Shown here piece by piece: positions 20,709 through 31,900 of a DNA stretch of 64,000 bases (the stretch's first letter is position 1; the number at the start of each line of letters is the position of its first letter). The DNA comes from a virus. The DNA lies in IMG/VR virus record IMGVR_UViG_3300030110_003594, positions 32,001 through 96,000 of that record, one strand, 5' to 3'. The position numbers were made by a program, and so were the translations under genes. Below the pieces are notes generated by a model, which worked only from the letters and a program-made list of their open reading frames with translations, was not told the DNA's origin and did not search any database.

Positions 20709-23700
20709 CTACCTATTGGACCTTAAGATACTTTTCATTACATCTAATTGATGTAGTCCACTTGTTTTTGAATCATTGTAATACATCCTATTTAATTTAT
20801 CATATAATTTATTTGCTTTATTTTCTTGTTTGGTTCCTTTGTATACTCCACTAATATAATCATTATAAAATTGAACTTGATTTTTCATTCCAAATTCACC
20901 ACCAAGTTTACTAAAAGGATTTAAATCTACCTTATCCCACCATTCAGAAACGTTTTCTTTTACTTCACCTAATTCATCTATTACTGCATCAATTTTAGGA
21001 GCTACATTTTTATTATATCCATGTTTTATAGTTTCTCCTAGATTAAGTATTTTTTCTTCAATAGGTTTTTCTTTTATTCTTTTATTTGATTCTGGATTAA
21101 GATCTGAATATTCTCCTTTTACAATAACATTATTATCTACATTATCAATATCAGTTTCTTGTAAATCTATATAATCAATATATTTATTTACCATATTAGC
21201 ATAATCATCACCTCCCGTAGGACTATATTTTTTTGGTAATTCTGTATATATATCAAAGTCTGGATCTTTCTTTTGTGATGAAGATATTTGATTTTGATAC
21301 TCTTTATAAAGAATTGCAATAGTTGCTTTAGCTGAATTTGCTGGATCCATAAGTTGATCATTAGAAGTAATCCCTACTTTTTTAAGAGCTTCTATTTCTG
21401 TTTCATCACGTTCATTCCATCTTATTTGTGTCCAACCAACACTTCTATTATCACCTGTTACACCATATGTTTCATATTTTGATCTGACATCCGGTGATGT
21501 ATCACCAAGATTTAAACCTGTTTTATTAGTTAAATATTTAGTTCCTGCTTTAATAAAATTTTCTGAAGCACTACCTTCATCACCCATACCACTTTCATAT
21601 CCATATATTCCAAAAGCTATTAATGCTAAATCATTATACATATCTCCATCCATTCCTAATTTATCCATCATAAACTTTTTATTATCAGTGAGGGAGTTTA
21701 AAAATGGTTGAGTATTATTTACAAATTCTTCTTCTTCACCTGCTGCTGTTCCATCATATCTTTCAGAATTAGTTTGATAATAGTTTTTATCAAAAGTAAT
21801 ATTAATTGGTTTGTATGTACTTGTCATCTTATTAGCAATTCCATGACCGTCTTGTTCATTACCTTCTGAATCTATATAAGTTTGATATTCTTTTTGATTA
21901 TCTCTACTTGCATAAAAATTAATTTCACCATTTTCATATACAAAATTATTACCAGCATCTTCAGGTAATATAAAAACTTTAGTTCCTTCACCTACATCTG
22001 GATTTTCATATAGTTCTGTTAATGCTGTACAAGTACCATTAATACATCCATTAGTCATTCTATTATTATCACTATTACCATCCTGTAAAGAGTTTATTCT
22101 ATCTACATCTTTTGAACTAGGAACTGTATGAATTACCATAGGAACTTCATCATCATTTGCATTCTTTAAAACAAAAGATGGAGTTGGTCTTCCTTCTCCT
22201 GAATCATCATAATATCCACTATCCTCATTCATTGTTCCTATTGTATAAACACCTGCACCAGTTTGTTTATTTCCTTTAGCCCAATCTATTTCAGATGTAT
22301 AACCTTCAACTTCCATAAGTTCATCTATTGAACCTGCATCATGTTTTTCCATAGCGTTGTTAAGTCCTTCTCTATCTAACTTTACACCGTTATAAAAGAA
22401 TGATCCTTTAGTAACTGTTTGTGCATCTCCTACATTTTCACCTGTTAAGATAGGATAACTTTTAACTGGTTTATCATTACCAGGATAATATAAATGCATT
22501 CTACCTTTTTTCTCATCTACAACAATATAAGGTTTACCTGCAGATTTATTTATCTTTATATTTTGTCCTATTTGTATTTCATCAGCATTAGTTATATTAT
22601 TATCTGATAATAATTTTTCTAGGGTTACTCCATTTTCACTTGCTATAGTAGAAAGATTATCATTCCTTTTTACTGTATAATTAATTTGTTTAGAATTATC
22701 TCCTTCAATTTCATTCATACCTTGTGTAATTCTATCAGCTTGATCCATTTTGTTTATTTGAGTCTTTATAGTTCTTTTACCAGAGTTTTCCCATTTTCCT
22801 TTGTCTGAATTCCACTTCCTTCTATTCCAACTAGTATTTACACCATGATTATCATCAACATTCATTTCTCCTACTTCTGTATATGGTGACTCAATTATTT
22901 TTTTATTTCTGTTTATATTTTTATCATTTGTATTAACATTATCTGGTAATGTTATTTTTTGACCAGGTTGAATTTTTCTTGGATCAGATATATTATTTAA
23001 TGCAGCAATATCTTGGTATCTAACTCCATATTTACTTGCTATTGCTGATAATGTATCTCCACTCTTTATTTCATAAGTAAATGTTGCAGTACTATCATCT
23101 ATACTAGTATTTTCAGAAAGTGATATTCTATCTCCAGAATATATTGTACTTGGATCATCCATATATTTTGGATTTAAAGTTAATATTTCAGATAGTGTCA
23201 TATTGTTAGCTCTTGCTATTCTAGAAAGATTATCTCCTTTTTTAACTACATATGATTTTTGCACAATAGGTTCTCCACCTGTTTGCATTTTAGGTTTAAT
23301 TAAATTAAGTTTTTCTAATTCTTTTTTTGCTAAAGGAGATACTTTACCTCCAGAATTATATGATTCTAATTGTTGATTTAATCTTTGAATTTTTCTTAAA
23401 AATTCTCCACCTAATTTTTTCTTAGGTCCAGGTATTCTTTTTTTTGTTTTAGGATCATAATAAATTCTACCATATAGTTGAGGAGGATTCATATCACCAA
23501 TAGTATTAATAATACCATCTACAACTTTACTACTAGGATTAATATTCCAATTATCAAAATAACTAATGTAATGACCGTGATCATCTTTACCTTTGTCTAA
23601 TTTAAAATTACCTAATACATCTCCGTATAATCCTTTACCTAAATTTGGATTTTCTTTTTCATAAGCATCAAAAAACCAACCATCTTTAGTTCTTATACAA

Positions 23701-25919
23701 CCTTCTTCACCTTTTTTGCATGGTATCATTTCTGGTCTATTATGATAATCTCTAGCAAAATTAGTTATATCACCATCATTTCTATCTGACCAATCTAAAA
23801 TTTTACTTATTCTATTTGATATTTCATCTTCTGTATATTTAGAAGTATAAAAAGTTGTATCTTCATCAGCTCCTTTTGTAGGTCTGTATCTTGATTCCTG
23901 TATACTATTATATGGTTGTTCAAAATTTAACATCATATTAAGAAGATCTATTCTTTCTTTATATGATACTTCTAATCCTTTATTTATATCTGGATTTGAT
24001 TTCAATGCTTCATCTATATTAGCTCTTTTTTGTTCTAGATTACCATAAAGACCTGCTTCTATAACTCTATTAAAGAAATTATCATAATCATGTGGACTAA
24101 TATTTTCTGCAATATTCTTTTTCATTTCATCTCTTAGCCAAGCAATCATACTAGGACCACCCATTGCAGGAGTCAATATTTTATTAAGCGGGTGTTTAGG
24201 ATTAATCGTTTCATTTGCATGATCATGTATTTGCCATACAGGACTTACAACATTTTTAATACCTTCATATATTTTTTTAGCGTTTCCTTTTTCTTCTCCT
24301 CCTTCTTTCTTTTCAAATACATATCTTCCTTCATCATCTATTGTATAATACATTCTATTATATAATGATGCTGGTTGTACTCCTAATATATTTTCTTGTG
24401 CAAAATCAGAAAGTTTTTCCTTCCAACCTCCTTCATATTGATATGGAGATAAATCCCATTTATCATAGTAACTAATGTATTTACCTTTTTTATCTTCTCC
24501 TTGATTTAAAGTAAAGTTACCTAAAACGGAACCATAAAATCCACCAGACTGACCAGTTCCCTCTTCTTCATTTCCAGCTGTTGTTAAAAAAGTTTCAAAA
24601 TCAGGAAACTCAACCCAGCTATAATTATCCTCTATTTGTTTTTTTGTTTCCTTTTCCCATTTTTTATAATTACTACTATTTACAAAATCTTTGTGTTCTT
24701 GTATATCTTTATAGTATATGTACTTATCTGGCTCATCTTCTGCTTTATATTTTAATGTTGTTGCTTGTTTACCATTCCACATATATGGATCATTCTCTGG
24801 ATCATTGCTTTTCTTAAGATCAATTAGCCTATAAAAAAGCTCATAATCAAATTCCTCTTCTAAATTTTCTTCCCAAGCTTTATCTATATCTTCTGGATCA
24901 CCCCGCTCATCTAACAAATAATCCCTATACCAAATGTCTTTTTCAGTTTTTCCTATCCTATTAATATTTTCTTCAATTTCCTGTTCAGTGTATGGTGAGG
25001 AATAATATATATCTCCTTTGTTATGACCTTGAGTAGGAACGTATGTAGTTTGTTGTGGTATTGAATTACCTTCTTGATCAAGACCCATTAACAAATGTAA
25101 TAAATCTCTTCTTTCACCAGTTGCATCTTCACCTATATCTCCAAAATCATATTTTTTATCTTCTTTGGTAAAAATAGCATCATAAAGTCTATCATATGCA
25201 TCTTCATATCCCCATGGATCTATATTATCTGCTATTTTATTTTTTACCCAATCCACACCTTTATCAACTAGATAACTAGTAGTAGGCATAAGAGGACCTA
25301 GTAAATTTATCATGCCTAATCCATCCTGTGCTTTTGGTAGTGAACCTCCATCTTTAAATCTATGTTGTAAAGATATTTTAGGTTTAAATTGTAATGGTAG
25401 TTTTTGTACATTTTGATTTACAAAATATTCATGAGGATCATTTAAGATTGGTGAACCAATATTTAAAGCTAGATCTGTATTTCCAAAATTCTGTCTAATA
25501 CCTAAATCAAACGCACCTTTAAATATAGGATCATTATCCATTGGTAAAATACCAGTTGCATTAAACTGTGTACCTGTTGGAAAAGTATATCCTGCACCAC
25601 CTATCAATTGATTTTCTGCAGGATTATGATGTAAGAATGCACCAATATTTTTTCTTTGTCCTGGATCCCAACTAAAAGTATTTTTTAATGGTATCTCTTT
25701 AACTTTTGTTGTACCCATATTATGTATACCAGAATTAGGAGGTAATAATCTACCATTAGCTAATAATGGAATACTAACATTTGTCATATCTATTTCACCT
25801 GTTGGTGTATCAATATCTATGTAAGGTCTACTCTTAAAAGGAGAATCATCCCTATATCCAAACTTTGATATAAGTTCATTACTTGAAGGTATTTTATATT
25901 TTATTTTTGGTTCACTCAT
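20709..25919 (-). CDS. Modular virion-associated peptidoglycan-targeting protein: duplicated unknown domain, 3x LysM, YkuD L,D-transpeptidase-like, lysozyme-like
   Basis: LysM repeats YVVKKGDNLSRIA, YEIKSGDTLSAIA and YTVKRNDNLSTIA. YkuD-like IVVDEKKGRMHLY...VIHTVP...TNGCIN. Lysozyme/SLT-like GYESGMG...SVGWTQIR...LMDPANSAKAT. Confidence 0.8.
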   Translation of the reverse strand: MSEPKIKYKIPSSNELISKFGYRDDSPFKSRPYIDIDTPTGEIDMTNVSIPLLANGRLLPPNSGIHNMGTTKVKEIPLKNTFSWDPGQRKNIGAFLHHNPAENQLIGGAGYTFPTGTQFNATGILPMDNDPIFKGAFDLGIRQNFGNTDLALNIGSPILNDPHEYFVNQNVQKLPLQFKPKISLQHRFKDGGSLPKAQDGLGMINLLGPLMPTTSYLVDKGVDWVKNKIADNIDPWGYEDAYDRLYDAIFTKEDKKYDFGDIGEDATGERRDLLHLLMGLDQEGNSIPQQTTYVPTQGHNKGDIYYSSPYTEQEIEENINRIGKTEKDIWYRDYLLDERGDPEDIDKAWEENLEEEFDYELFYRLIDLKKSNDPENDPYMWNGKQATTLKYKAEDEPDKYIYYKDIQEHKDFVNSSNYKKWEKETKKQIEDNYSWVEFPDFETFLTTAGNEEEGTGQSGGFYGSVLGNFTLNQGEDKKGKYISYYDKWDLSPYQYEGGWKEKLSDFAQENILGVQPASLYNRMYYTIDDEGRYVFEKKEGGEEKGNAKKIYEGIKNVVSPVWQIHDHANETINPKHPLNKILTPAMGGPSMIAWLRDEMKKNIAENISPHDYDNFFNRVIEAGLYGNLEQKRANIDEALKSNPDINKGLEVSYKERIDLLNMMLNFEQPYNSIQESRYRPTKGADEDTTFYTSKYTEDEISNRISKILDWSDRNDGDITNFARDYHNRPEMIPCKKGEEGCIRTKDGWFFDAYEKENPNLGKGLYGDVLGNFKLDKGKDDHGHYISYFDNWNINPSSKVVDGIINTIGDMNPPQLYGRIYYDPKTKKRIPGPKKKLGGEFLRKIQRLNQQLESYNSGGKVSPLAKKELEKLNLIKPKMQTGGEPIVQKSYVVKKGDNLSRIARANNMTLSEILTLNPKYMDDPSTIYSGDRISLSENTSIDDSTATFTYEIKSGDTLSAIASKYGVRYQDIAALNNISDPRKIQPGQKITLPDNVNTNDKNINRNKKIIESPYTEVGEMNVDDNHGVNTSWNRRKWNSDKGKWENSGKRTIKTQINKMDQADRITQGMNEIEGDNSKQINYTVKRNDNLSTIASENGVTLEKLLSDNNITNADEIQIGQNIKINKSAGKPYIVVDEKKGRMHLYYPGNDKPVKSYPILTGENVGDAQTVTKGSFFYNGVKLDREGLNNAMEKHDAGSIDELMEVEGYTSEIDWAKGNKQTGAGVYTIGTMNEDSGYYDDSGEGRPTPSFVLKNANDDEVPMVIHTVPSSKDVDRINSLQDGNSDNNRMTNGCINGTCTALTELYENPDVGEGTKVFILPEDAGNNFVYENGEINFYASRDNQKEYQTYIDSEGNEQDGHGIANKMTSTYKPINITFDKNYYQTNSERYDGTAAGEEEEFVNNTQPFLNSLTDNKKFMMDKLGMDGDMYNDLALIAFGIYGYESGMGDEGSASENFIKAGTKYLTNKTGLNLGDTSPDVRSKYETYGVTGDNRSVGWTQIRWNERDETEIEALKKVGITSNDQLMDPANSAKATIAILYKEYQNQISSSQKKDPDFDIYTELPKKYSPTGGDDYANMVNKYIDYIDLQETDIDNVDNNVIVKGEYSDLNPESNKRIKEKPIEEKILNLGETIKHGYNKNVAPKIDAVIDELGEVKENVSEWWDKVDLNPFSKLGGEFGMKNQVQFYNDYISGVYKGTKQENKANKLYDKLNRMYYNDSKTSGLHQLDVMKSILRSNR

Positions 25920-28900
25920 TATCTAAAAGATGCATTAATTTTTGTATTAGCTAATTTTAATATCATTTTTCTATCAGCAGATATATTTTTTCTAAGTATA
26001 ACTTTATTCCAGTAATGTCTAAATTTCTTACGTTGTAGCTCTGGTTTATTATAATCTAAGTTTGCTTGATTTAAATCTTTTATATAACCATTTAATTGTG
26101 TTATAAATATTGGCAGATTCCAGTTAGGATCAAACTCACCTCTATCTCTTGTAATATCCCAGAACTGATTAAATCTATATTTCTGTTCTACTTTACTATA
26201 TAGTATTCTTATCTCATTACCTGTAATAAAAGGGAATTGTGTAATTAAAGGTACATTGTTTTTAGGATCTAGTGTTAATGCAAGTTCCCCTGATACTTGT
26301 TCAGTGTTGTGTATTATTGCATGATCAAAATTCCAATCTAAATCATGGAATCTATCACCACAATTATCATCTAAGTTTCCTCTATAGATATAAGATTCTA
26401 ATTGATACTCTACACTTCTAATTGTATTAACAGTTTGACCTACAGCTTCAACCCATTCTATTTCCCATGGATAATTTTCTCCATAATAGTTTGCATATAA
26501 ATCACATCTATCATTATGTTTCCATATACCACCTTTTGTAAATGTTCCATCTAAACAACATTCATAATCATAATGACACATTTTAGGATTAGAGTTAACC
26601 CATAAAGGATCTCCAACACCTGTGGTTGTATTATACCATTTTGCTATACCATTCATAATATCTGAAGGACATATTCCTGTTGTTGTTACAGGTATTGATG
26701 GAAATGGTAATTGAGTTGGATCACATTCACATTCCATTTTTCTACATACACCATTTTTACCCTCAACTACACAACTTTCATTTAATCCTAAAACTTGATG
26801 AGGAGGTGCTGTACCATCTGTTAATTGAGTTATTCTTTCGTATCCTGCAGGACATGAACATACTGGAGGTAATGTACATAAATTATTAGCTAATGTAGTT
26901 GCAAAATCAGTAACAGTAGCTGGAGTTAAACTTAAGTTTTGATAATTTGTATCACCAGCTGTTACTATATCAAAATCAGCCTGATTAGCAGTTCCAGTTG
27001 GATGACAATATAATCCCCAGCTTTCTGAAGAAATAGTTGCTAATCCTGCAGTCTCAGCTGCATTAGCATAACCAACATTAAAACCAGGATTATTTGGATT
27101 TCCACTTGCATCATTATTAGGAAAGCTTGAAGGCATAGCTCCTTGTAAAGATTGATAATATTGAGAAGCGTGAGCTCCACCACCATTATCACCACCATCT
27201 GCCATTATAATACAAATACGTTTATAAGCTGAATGATCTGTTCTATCTCCTAAAGTAGAATTAAGTACACCAGATAACTGTTGTTGTGCATCATCAAATG
27301 CACAAAAGAAACCAGTAGTACCACCATCACCTGGTATATAATCACTTCCCCAAGTTGTTGAAACTGTATAATTAGACATATTTACTTCACCCTCAAGTAC
27401 CCCTCCTGATCCATCTGGAGATGGTGTATGGTTATAATAATCACCACAACTATCCCATGAAGCTAATCCTATTTGAACATCTCCACTATCCATATCAGTT
27501 TTAAATGCCAATACAAAATCATCAACAAAACTTCTAAAATGGTGTAGAAAATCTTCTGTAGAACCTGATTTATCAATAGCAAGTACAATATCTAATTGAC
27601 AATCAAGTTGCTCTATATAAAATTCAACAGGTACTTCATCAACAATTACATCTGCTTCATAACTACCTTGAAATACTTGACAACATGTTTGTGTTGATGG
27701 ATTCCAAGTAAAGCCAGGAGGACAATTTGGTTCAGCCTCAAGATCTTCATAACTATTAGTTGTGAAGAAATGATTTAAACTTGGTATCATTAATTCAGGA
27801 TGCCAATCGTGGAATGACATCCAAGCTTCATATTTAGGATCATAACTTATTGTCCATGATACATCTTCAAAATATGTTTCATCTTGTAATGAAACTGGCG
27901 TTGTATTATCTAACATTTCAACAGGAGCATATTCTCTACATTCACACATATATTGTCCAGCAGAATTTGTTATTAAATCACATGTAGGATCTGCACATGA
28001 ATATGTTGGTGGAGGTGTTACATCATCTATTATTTCAGTTGCTACAGCTATTATATCTGCAACATCTGCAAAAGCTCCTCCATATGCATTACCAGAATTT
28101 GCAAATTCTTCACCATAATTTAAATGTAGATTTGTTGGAGCATTACCACCTGGATCAACAACAACTGAATAACTTTTTTGAGCATATGGTGCATTCATAT
28201 AATCAGGATTATTTAATACATTAGTATTAAACCATGTACATTCATAATCACCTACACTCCAAGTAGTAGTTGTAGTTGGATCACCTGGCCAAACAACATC
28301 AGGAGTTAATGGACTTACACTCATTCCTTTGTATATATCAGTACCTGTAATACCAGCTTCACTATATGAACTACTTACATAAGATATACCTGGACCTCCG
28401 TTTGCTTGTAATATTGAAATACTACCTTCAGCTACTTGACCTCCATCAAATAATGAAATTAAAACTTTAGGAACTGATCTAGAACCTGTTCCATATAATA
28501 AATTTTGTCCATTCCATACTCCTCCTAATATATCTGTTCCATAAGGATTGTCATCACCTTGACCTAAACCTGTAGAAGTTGATACTCCTCTATCTGCTGC
28601 TATTCCATATGTAGATGTTACATCAGGTTGATAACCTGTATTAGCACCATTCCAATCAAATGTTATTCCTGGTGTACCAACCCATTGATTAATAAGTGTC
28701 ATATCACTAGTTAATTCTTGTTGTTCTCCCCAATTCATAAAAGTATCCGGAGAAGAACAATCTGGACAATTACCTGGATTGTTACAATCTGCTGATGTTT
28801 GACCATGATCTGACATTGGAATATCTGAACATCTACCACCACCAAAATGAGTTAATCCAATTCTAATGTTTCCACTTCCTATTTGAGTTGCTAATTGGTC

Positions 28901-31900
28901 AATCATTACTTTTATAAAATTCTGCATATTACCAATATTATTATTGCTATCTACAGAATTTGATGCATCAACTACAAATACAATATCTACTTGACCACCT
29001 TCTTGATCTTCTATTGCAGGATATAAATTTATTTTTTCACACTCTTCACCAACAGGATTTCCAGGATTATATGTAAATCCATCTGGACAACAAGGAGTTG
29101 CAGGAACATTATTACAAGCCGTATTATTATAAACAAATCCTTCACATGGAACAAAATCTATACATTCTGGTAATATACAATTATAATCTTTTTTACTAAA
29201 ATATATTAAATCATAATTTGGATCATATACTGATTGACATCCAATTCCTGCAACAGGATTATCTACCCAGTTATTACAACCTTCCATTCCAGGATATTGG
29301 TTTAAAAGAAAAGATGGTAAGTATTTATTAAACCATTGTTTCATTCCTTTATTAGCAATATTTTCTAAAGATTGTCCATTATATTTAAATACTTTTCCTT
29401 GAGCTTGAGATATATAAAATAATCCAGATGGTGTATTAATAACACTTCTTGCACTTTCACATGATCCATATTCATATGATATATCTGTATTTACTACATT
29501 TTGCATAGGTTGACTAAATAAACCACCATCACCTATTGTAAGTTTAGTTCCTAGATCTGTTTGTAATTGATCTACTCCTTGCCACATTGCTGGTGCAAGG
29601 TTTGGAAATAATATCATTGCACCACTTTTAGATACTGGTTTAATTACATTAACTCTATTTTTAAAGTCTTTATAATTTAACGGTAAGAACACTCTCCAAA
29701 AATCTTTTTTAGCTTCAAGTTGTGCTTGTAATGAATATATAAGTCTTTTAGGATAATGCCTATAACATTTTTCTGATACTAATGGATCATAATCTTTTGG
29801 TTGAATAAATCCAAAAGATATTAATTGACTAAAAAATCTACCTTTACTTAATGAAGAATCATATTTATAAAAATTATCTTTTCTTATAATATCAGCATCA
29901 AATAATGCTTCTACATCTGTATACTCTAACCAATCATAATGTCTTTTTTCATCTACATCTTCCCAATCTCTTAATGCTACATTAATAGTTGATTCAACAA
30001 AAAACTCATTAACACCATTACAATGAGTATACATATATCCATTTTTAATATGAAATATAGAACTACTTCCTGTAGGCATATTAGGTGCAACTTGATTAGG
30101 AGCAGCAGTATTAACTGGTCCACTTGCTGTTGCATCTTCATCTTCACTACTTGAAGAACCAGATGAAGAACCTCCATCATCATCAGCTAAATCACCACCC
30201 GGTCTATCTAAAAAATATAAACCGCTAGGCATAGCTCCTGCTAATCCACCAGGAGTTGAACCTGTTAAAAAACTAAGATTTGTTATTTGTCTTACCATTT
30301 CTGATAATTCAAATTTCTTAGTATCCATCCAATAGATAGGACGTGGAACATTAGATCTTAATTTATAATCATATGCAAACATATCTGGTTGACCTTTTAG
30401 AAAGTCCCAGAAGAATGGCATTATTACTTTTTCTGAATATCTATTTAAATAACAATCTCCTCCATATATTGTAGGAGTTGTAAATCTATTAGCATTATTT
30501 ATTTCACTTCCTGTTAACGGATCTGTTATAATTTCATATGTCCATGGTATAATTTCTCCACTTGAATTATATCTTCTTTGATCTTCAAAATATGATATAC
30601 ATCCTGAAGGAACTTGTTTTATTTGATCTAATTGACCATACTGATTTTTAAATGCAACTTTTAATGCAGTATAATGTGCAGCTATATTTGCTTGTCTATA
30701 TTGTCCAGGATTCCACCATCCACTAAAGTTACCTATAATAAATTTAGAGTTATCCATTTCTCCAACAGGTGCTGGAAAATCTGCTTCTCCAGTTGTAATT
30801 GTATTTATACAAACTGTCTTAGGTCTTTGTAAATTATTAACTCTTACATTTGCTGTTAAATTTTGCATTGATGAACCAACATATCTAGCTTTATTAACTA
30901 ATTGTCTAAATGGTGACCATCCGTCTCTTTGTTGTGTTGCCCAATATAATCCATGCCCACTATATTTCCATGCATAATCTTGCATGCTAACTAAATTATA
31001 TATCATATCTATTACTACTTGTCCACCTTCTGCTGTAAATGACATAAATTGATACAAACCAAATACAAGTTGTGCTAATGATGGAAGAGCTTCAAATCTA
31101 GCTCCTTCAAATTCTACTGATGTATTTGGACCAACATGTCCAGCTGTTGCTGCTGCAGCTGCATTTTCTTCTGTTGCAAATAAAGGTTCATAGAAAAATC
31201 TTTGTGCCATCTTTGGTGCACCTACAACTGTTGATGCACTCAATACACTTTCATTAGCATTCATTCCTGCAAGTGTAGCTAAATTACCTGTTAACATAAG
31301 ACCAGCATTAGCTGCTGCTGCAGCAGTAACTGCCCCAAATCCAGGAGCCATACCTGTAAGTGTTGGTTCAGGAATTTGAATTACTTCATTTGCAGTAACA
31401 AGAGTATAAATATATTCTGCTGCAGTTGCAAAAATAACACTACCTTCAAGATATGTTACAGCACCAGTAATACCTCCAAGATGCGTGTCTAAACTATATG
31501 GACCTCCTTCTCGTCCTATTGATAATGATCTTGCTCCATCCATTTTGGTATTACGTTTACCACGCATTTCTCCAATAGCATAACCAGCACCTACAAATAT
31601 TGCAATCCACATACATACATTTCTAAGAAGTTTATTTTGTGGATGTTTTTCAGATGGTTTAAATCTACCTAAAGAAGTACCTGTAACCATTCCATATGTT
31701 TTTAATTCATACGGAGATAAGAAAGGTTTATTAAAGGATGTTTCTGGTGAATGAAAAGTAAATAAATTTGTTGCTGTATATCCTGCAGAATATGGAGTAT
31801 CAGCTTGTCTATTACCGTTAGCAACATATGAAAAAGTATTACTACCTGATAAATAAGGATCTGAATTACAATCATTAAAAGGATAATTTGGTATAAATCC

